Below, piece after piece: positions 61,974 to 64,000 of a stretch of 64,000 nt of DNA (position 1 is the stretch's first letter; every line of letters starts with the position of its first letter). The notes under the pieces are model-generated. The model was given only the letters and a program-made list of their open reading frames with translations, was not told where the DNA came from and did not search any database. The translations under genes and the position numbers were made by a program. Origin of the DNA: Brevundimonas sp. UBA7534 (lineage in GTDB: Bacteria; Pseudomonadota; Alphaproteobacteria; Caulobacterales; Caulobacteraceae). The stretch lies in contig NZ_DLMO01000101.1 of NCBI RefSeq assembly GCF_002479325.1, positions 2,414 to 66,413 on the forward strand, in the 5' to 3' direction.

Positions 61974-63260
61974 ATGACTGACGCTGCCAGCGCGGGTCCC
62001 ATCGAGATCAAGGCGCCGTCGCCGGGCAAGTACCGGTGGGTGATCATGTGGCTGCTGTTTGCGGCCATGGTCATCAACTACGTCGATCGGCAGATGATCG
62101 GCTTTCTGAAGCCGACGCTGTCCGAGGAGTTCGGCTGGTCGGAGACCGACTACGCCGACATCGTCTTCTGGTTCCAGGCGTCCTACGCCGTCGCCTATCT
62201 GTTGTGGGGCCGGATCATGGATCGGGTCGGCGCGCGGTGGGGTCTGGGCGTCGCCTTCGGCATCTGGCAGATCGGCCACATCCTGCATGGCGCGGCGCGC
62301 GACCTGTCGCACTTCATCATGGCGCGCGCGGTTCTGGGTGTCGGCGAGGCCGGCGGTTTCCCGGGCGGCATCAAGGCGGTGGCCGAGTGGTTCCCCAAGA
62401 AGGAGCGCGCGCTGGCGACCGGCCTGTTCAACGCCGGCACCAACATCGGCGCCATCGTCACGCCGCTGATCGTGCCGGGGCTGGTGCTGGCCTTCGGTTG
62501 GCAGATGGCGTTCGTCATCACCGGTCTGTTGGGGCTGATCTGGCTGCCGATCTGGCTGCTGATCTATCGCCGTCCGCGCGAACAGAAGAACCTGTCCGCG
62601 TCTGAACTGGCCTATATCGAGCAGGATCCGGCCGACCCGGTCGAGAAGGTCAAGTGGACCAAGCTGCTCGGCGTTAAGGAGACGTGGGCCTATGCGCTGG
62701 GCAAGTTCCTGATCGACCCAATCTGGTGGATGTTCCTGTTCTGGCTGCCCGATTTCCTGGGCAAGACCTACGGCCTGGATCTGAAGTCGTTCGGACCGCC
62801 GCTGGTCGCCATCTATCTGCTCAGCGACGTGGGCTCGGTGGGCGGCGGCTGGTTGTCGTCGCGGATGATGCACCGGGGCATGAGCGTAAACAACGCCCGC
62901 AAGCTGACCATGCTCATCTGCGCCCTGTGCGCCGTGCCGGTCGCGTTTGCGGCCATGGCGTCGAACCTGTGGGTCGCGGTGGGGATCATCGGCCTGGCCA
63001 CGGCGGCGCACCAGGGCTTTTCGGCCAATCTCTACGCCCTGCCGGGCGACGTCTTCCCGCGCTCGGCCGTGGGCTCGGTCGTCGGCATCGGCGGCATGCT
63101 GGGCGCCATCGGCGGCATGGCCATGGCCAAGTACGCCGGCTTCGTGCTGGACAGCATCGGCACCTATACGCCGATCTTCATCGTCGCAGCCTCGGCCTAT
63201 CTGATCGCCCTGTTGGTGATCCACCTGCTGTCGCCGCGATACGAGCCGGCCAAGGTCTGA
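61974..63260 (+). CDS. exuT: MFS hexuronate transporter (ExuT-like)
   Basis: INYVDRQ, GEAGGFPGGIKAVAEWFPKKERA, FNAGTNIGA, DPIWWMFLFWLP. Confidence 0.88.
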   Translation: MTDAASAGPIEIKAPSPGKYRWVIMWLLFAAMVINYVDRQMIGFLKPTLSEEFGWSETDYADIVFWFQASYAVAYLLWGRIMDRVGARWGLGVAFGIWQIGHILHGAARDLSHFIMARAVLGVGEAGGFPGGIKAVAEWFPKKERALATGLFNAGTNIGAIVTPLIVPGLVLAFGWQMAFVITGLLGLIWLPIWLLIYRRPREQKNLSASELAYIEQDPADPVEKVKWTKLLGVKETWAYALGKFLIDPIWWMFLFWLPDFLGKTYGLDLKSFGPPLVAIYLLSDVGSVGGGWLSSRMMHRGMSVNNARKLTMLICALCAVPVAFAAMASNLWVAVGIIGLATAAHQGFSANLYALPGDVFPRSAVGSVVGIGGMLGAIGGMAMAKYAGFVLDSIGTYTPIFIVAASAYLIALLVIHLLSPRYEPAKV

Positions 63261-63276
63261 CGCGATCCGATCCATG

Positions 63277-63307
63277 ACGGCCGGGCGAGCGATCGCCCGG
63301 CCGTTTT
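63277..63307 (+). terminator. Rho-independent terminator after exuT
   Basis: ACGGCCGGGCGA-GCGA-TCGCCCGGCCGT followed by TTT. Confidence 0.75.
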
Positions 63308-63326
63308 CCTTTCGAGGGGAACGCCG

Positions 63327-64000
63327 ATGGGGATGTCGAGGAGAGGCGCGTTGGGCGTCGCGGCGGGAAGCGCCCTCGTGCTTGCCGCCGGACAAGGCCG
63401 TTCGCAGGTCTCCGGCCGGGGCGAAGACGCCGGACGTGCGCCCCCCGATCCGACGGAGCAGATACGGCTTTGGCCGAACGGGGCGCCGGGCGGGCAGGGG
63501 GTGAGCGTCACGCCCGTGGTCCCGGAGCGATCAAGCGATCCCGCCTATCACGACCGCTACGCCCAATATACGACCGACCCGATCGTGACGGTTTTCCGCC
63601 CGGAACGATCCAACGGGTCGGCCCTGCTCCTCGCGCCGGGCGGCGGCTATCGCTGGGCGGTGGTGGACAAGGAAGGCTACGATGTCGCGCGGGTGTTCGC
63701 CGCGTCCGGCACGACCTGCTTCGTGCTGCGCTACCGTCTGCCGGGCGACGGCTGGGCGGCCGGCCCGGACGCGCCCTTGCAGGACGTGCAGCGCGCCATG
63801 CGCCTGATCCGCGCCCGCGCCGGGGATTACGGAATCCGGCCTGATCGCGTGGCGCTGCTGGGCGCCTCGGCCGGCGGGCATCTGGCGGGACTGGCGAGCG
63901 CGCGGAGGGACGTGGTCTATGCGCCGATCGACGCCTCCGACCAGGAAGGCTTTCGGCCGGATCTGTCGATGCTGATGTATCCGGTGGCGACCATGGCCGA
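63327..64000 (+). CDS. Tat-exported alpha/beta-hydrolase esterase (possible carbohydrate acetylesterase), partial
   Basis: Manual translation gives SRRGALG, LWPNGAPG, PGGGY, LRYRLP, PLQDVQRAMR, GASAGG and YPV. Runs off the window. Confidence 0.82.
   Translation, partial: MGMSRRGALGVAAGSALVLAAGQGRSQVSGRGEDAGRAPPDPTEQIRLWPNGAPGGQGVSVTPVVPERSSDPAYHDRYAQYTTDPIVTVFRPERSNGSALLLAPGGGYRWAVVDKEGYDVARVFAASGTTCFVLRYRLPGDGWAAGPDAPLQDVQRAMRLIRARAGDYGIRPDRVALLGASAGGHLAGLASARRDVVYAPIDASDQEGFRPDLSMLMYPVATMA

Overview
High-GC alphaproteobacterial chromosome segment, most likely Caulobacteraceae (Brevundimonas-like), judged from gene content and synteny. Positions 1-40.2 kb are core genome spanning the replication origin: rho-hemJ-hemH-hemE | Cori | DUF299-maf-aroE-coaE-dnaQ, then secB, timA-mltA, gdhZ, nfu, tsaB-rimI-fur-miaB-phoH-ybeY-lnt, scsB/dsbD-prxL, pgi, groES-groEL, hslU, ppa, an MmgR/suhB-type sRNA, cpdR and tRNA-Val(GAC). 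Directly after the tRNA, a >23 kb polyuronide/hexuronate utilisation locus begins and runs off the window end. Its most novel part is a module of a TonB receptor, a PL38-like lyase, a GH105 hydrolase, an uncharacterised secreted 621-aa DUF2264/GH154-like protein, a GntR regulator and ManD. I infer this is a beta-glucuronan utilisation system. It is linked to a pectate/hexuronate regulon (uxaC, uxuB-like, uxaA, PL10, kdgK, kduD, kduI plus a DhuI-type isomerase, a FAH-family enzyme, exuT, an esterase) by five copies of a HumR-type LacI operator. Two adjacent genes near 29.4-30.4 kb appear frameshifted. I saw no CRISPR array, integrase or transposase. All family calls come from motif recognition by eye, not database searches.
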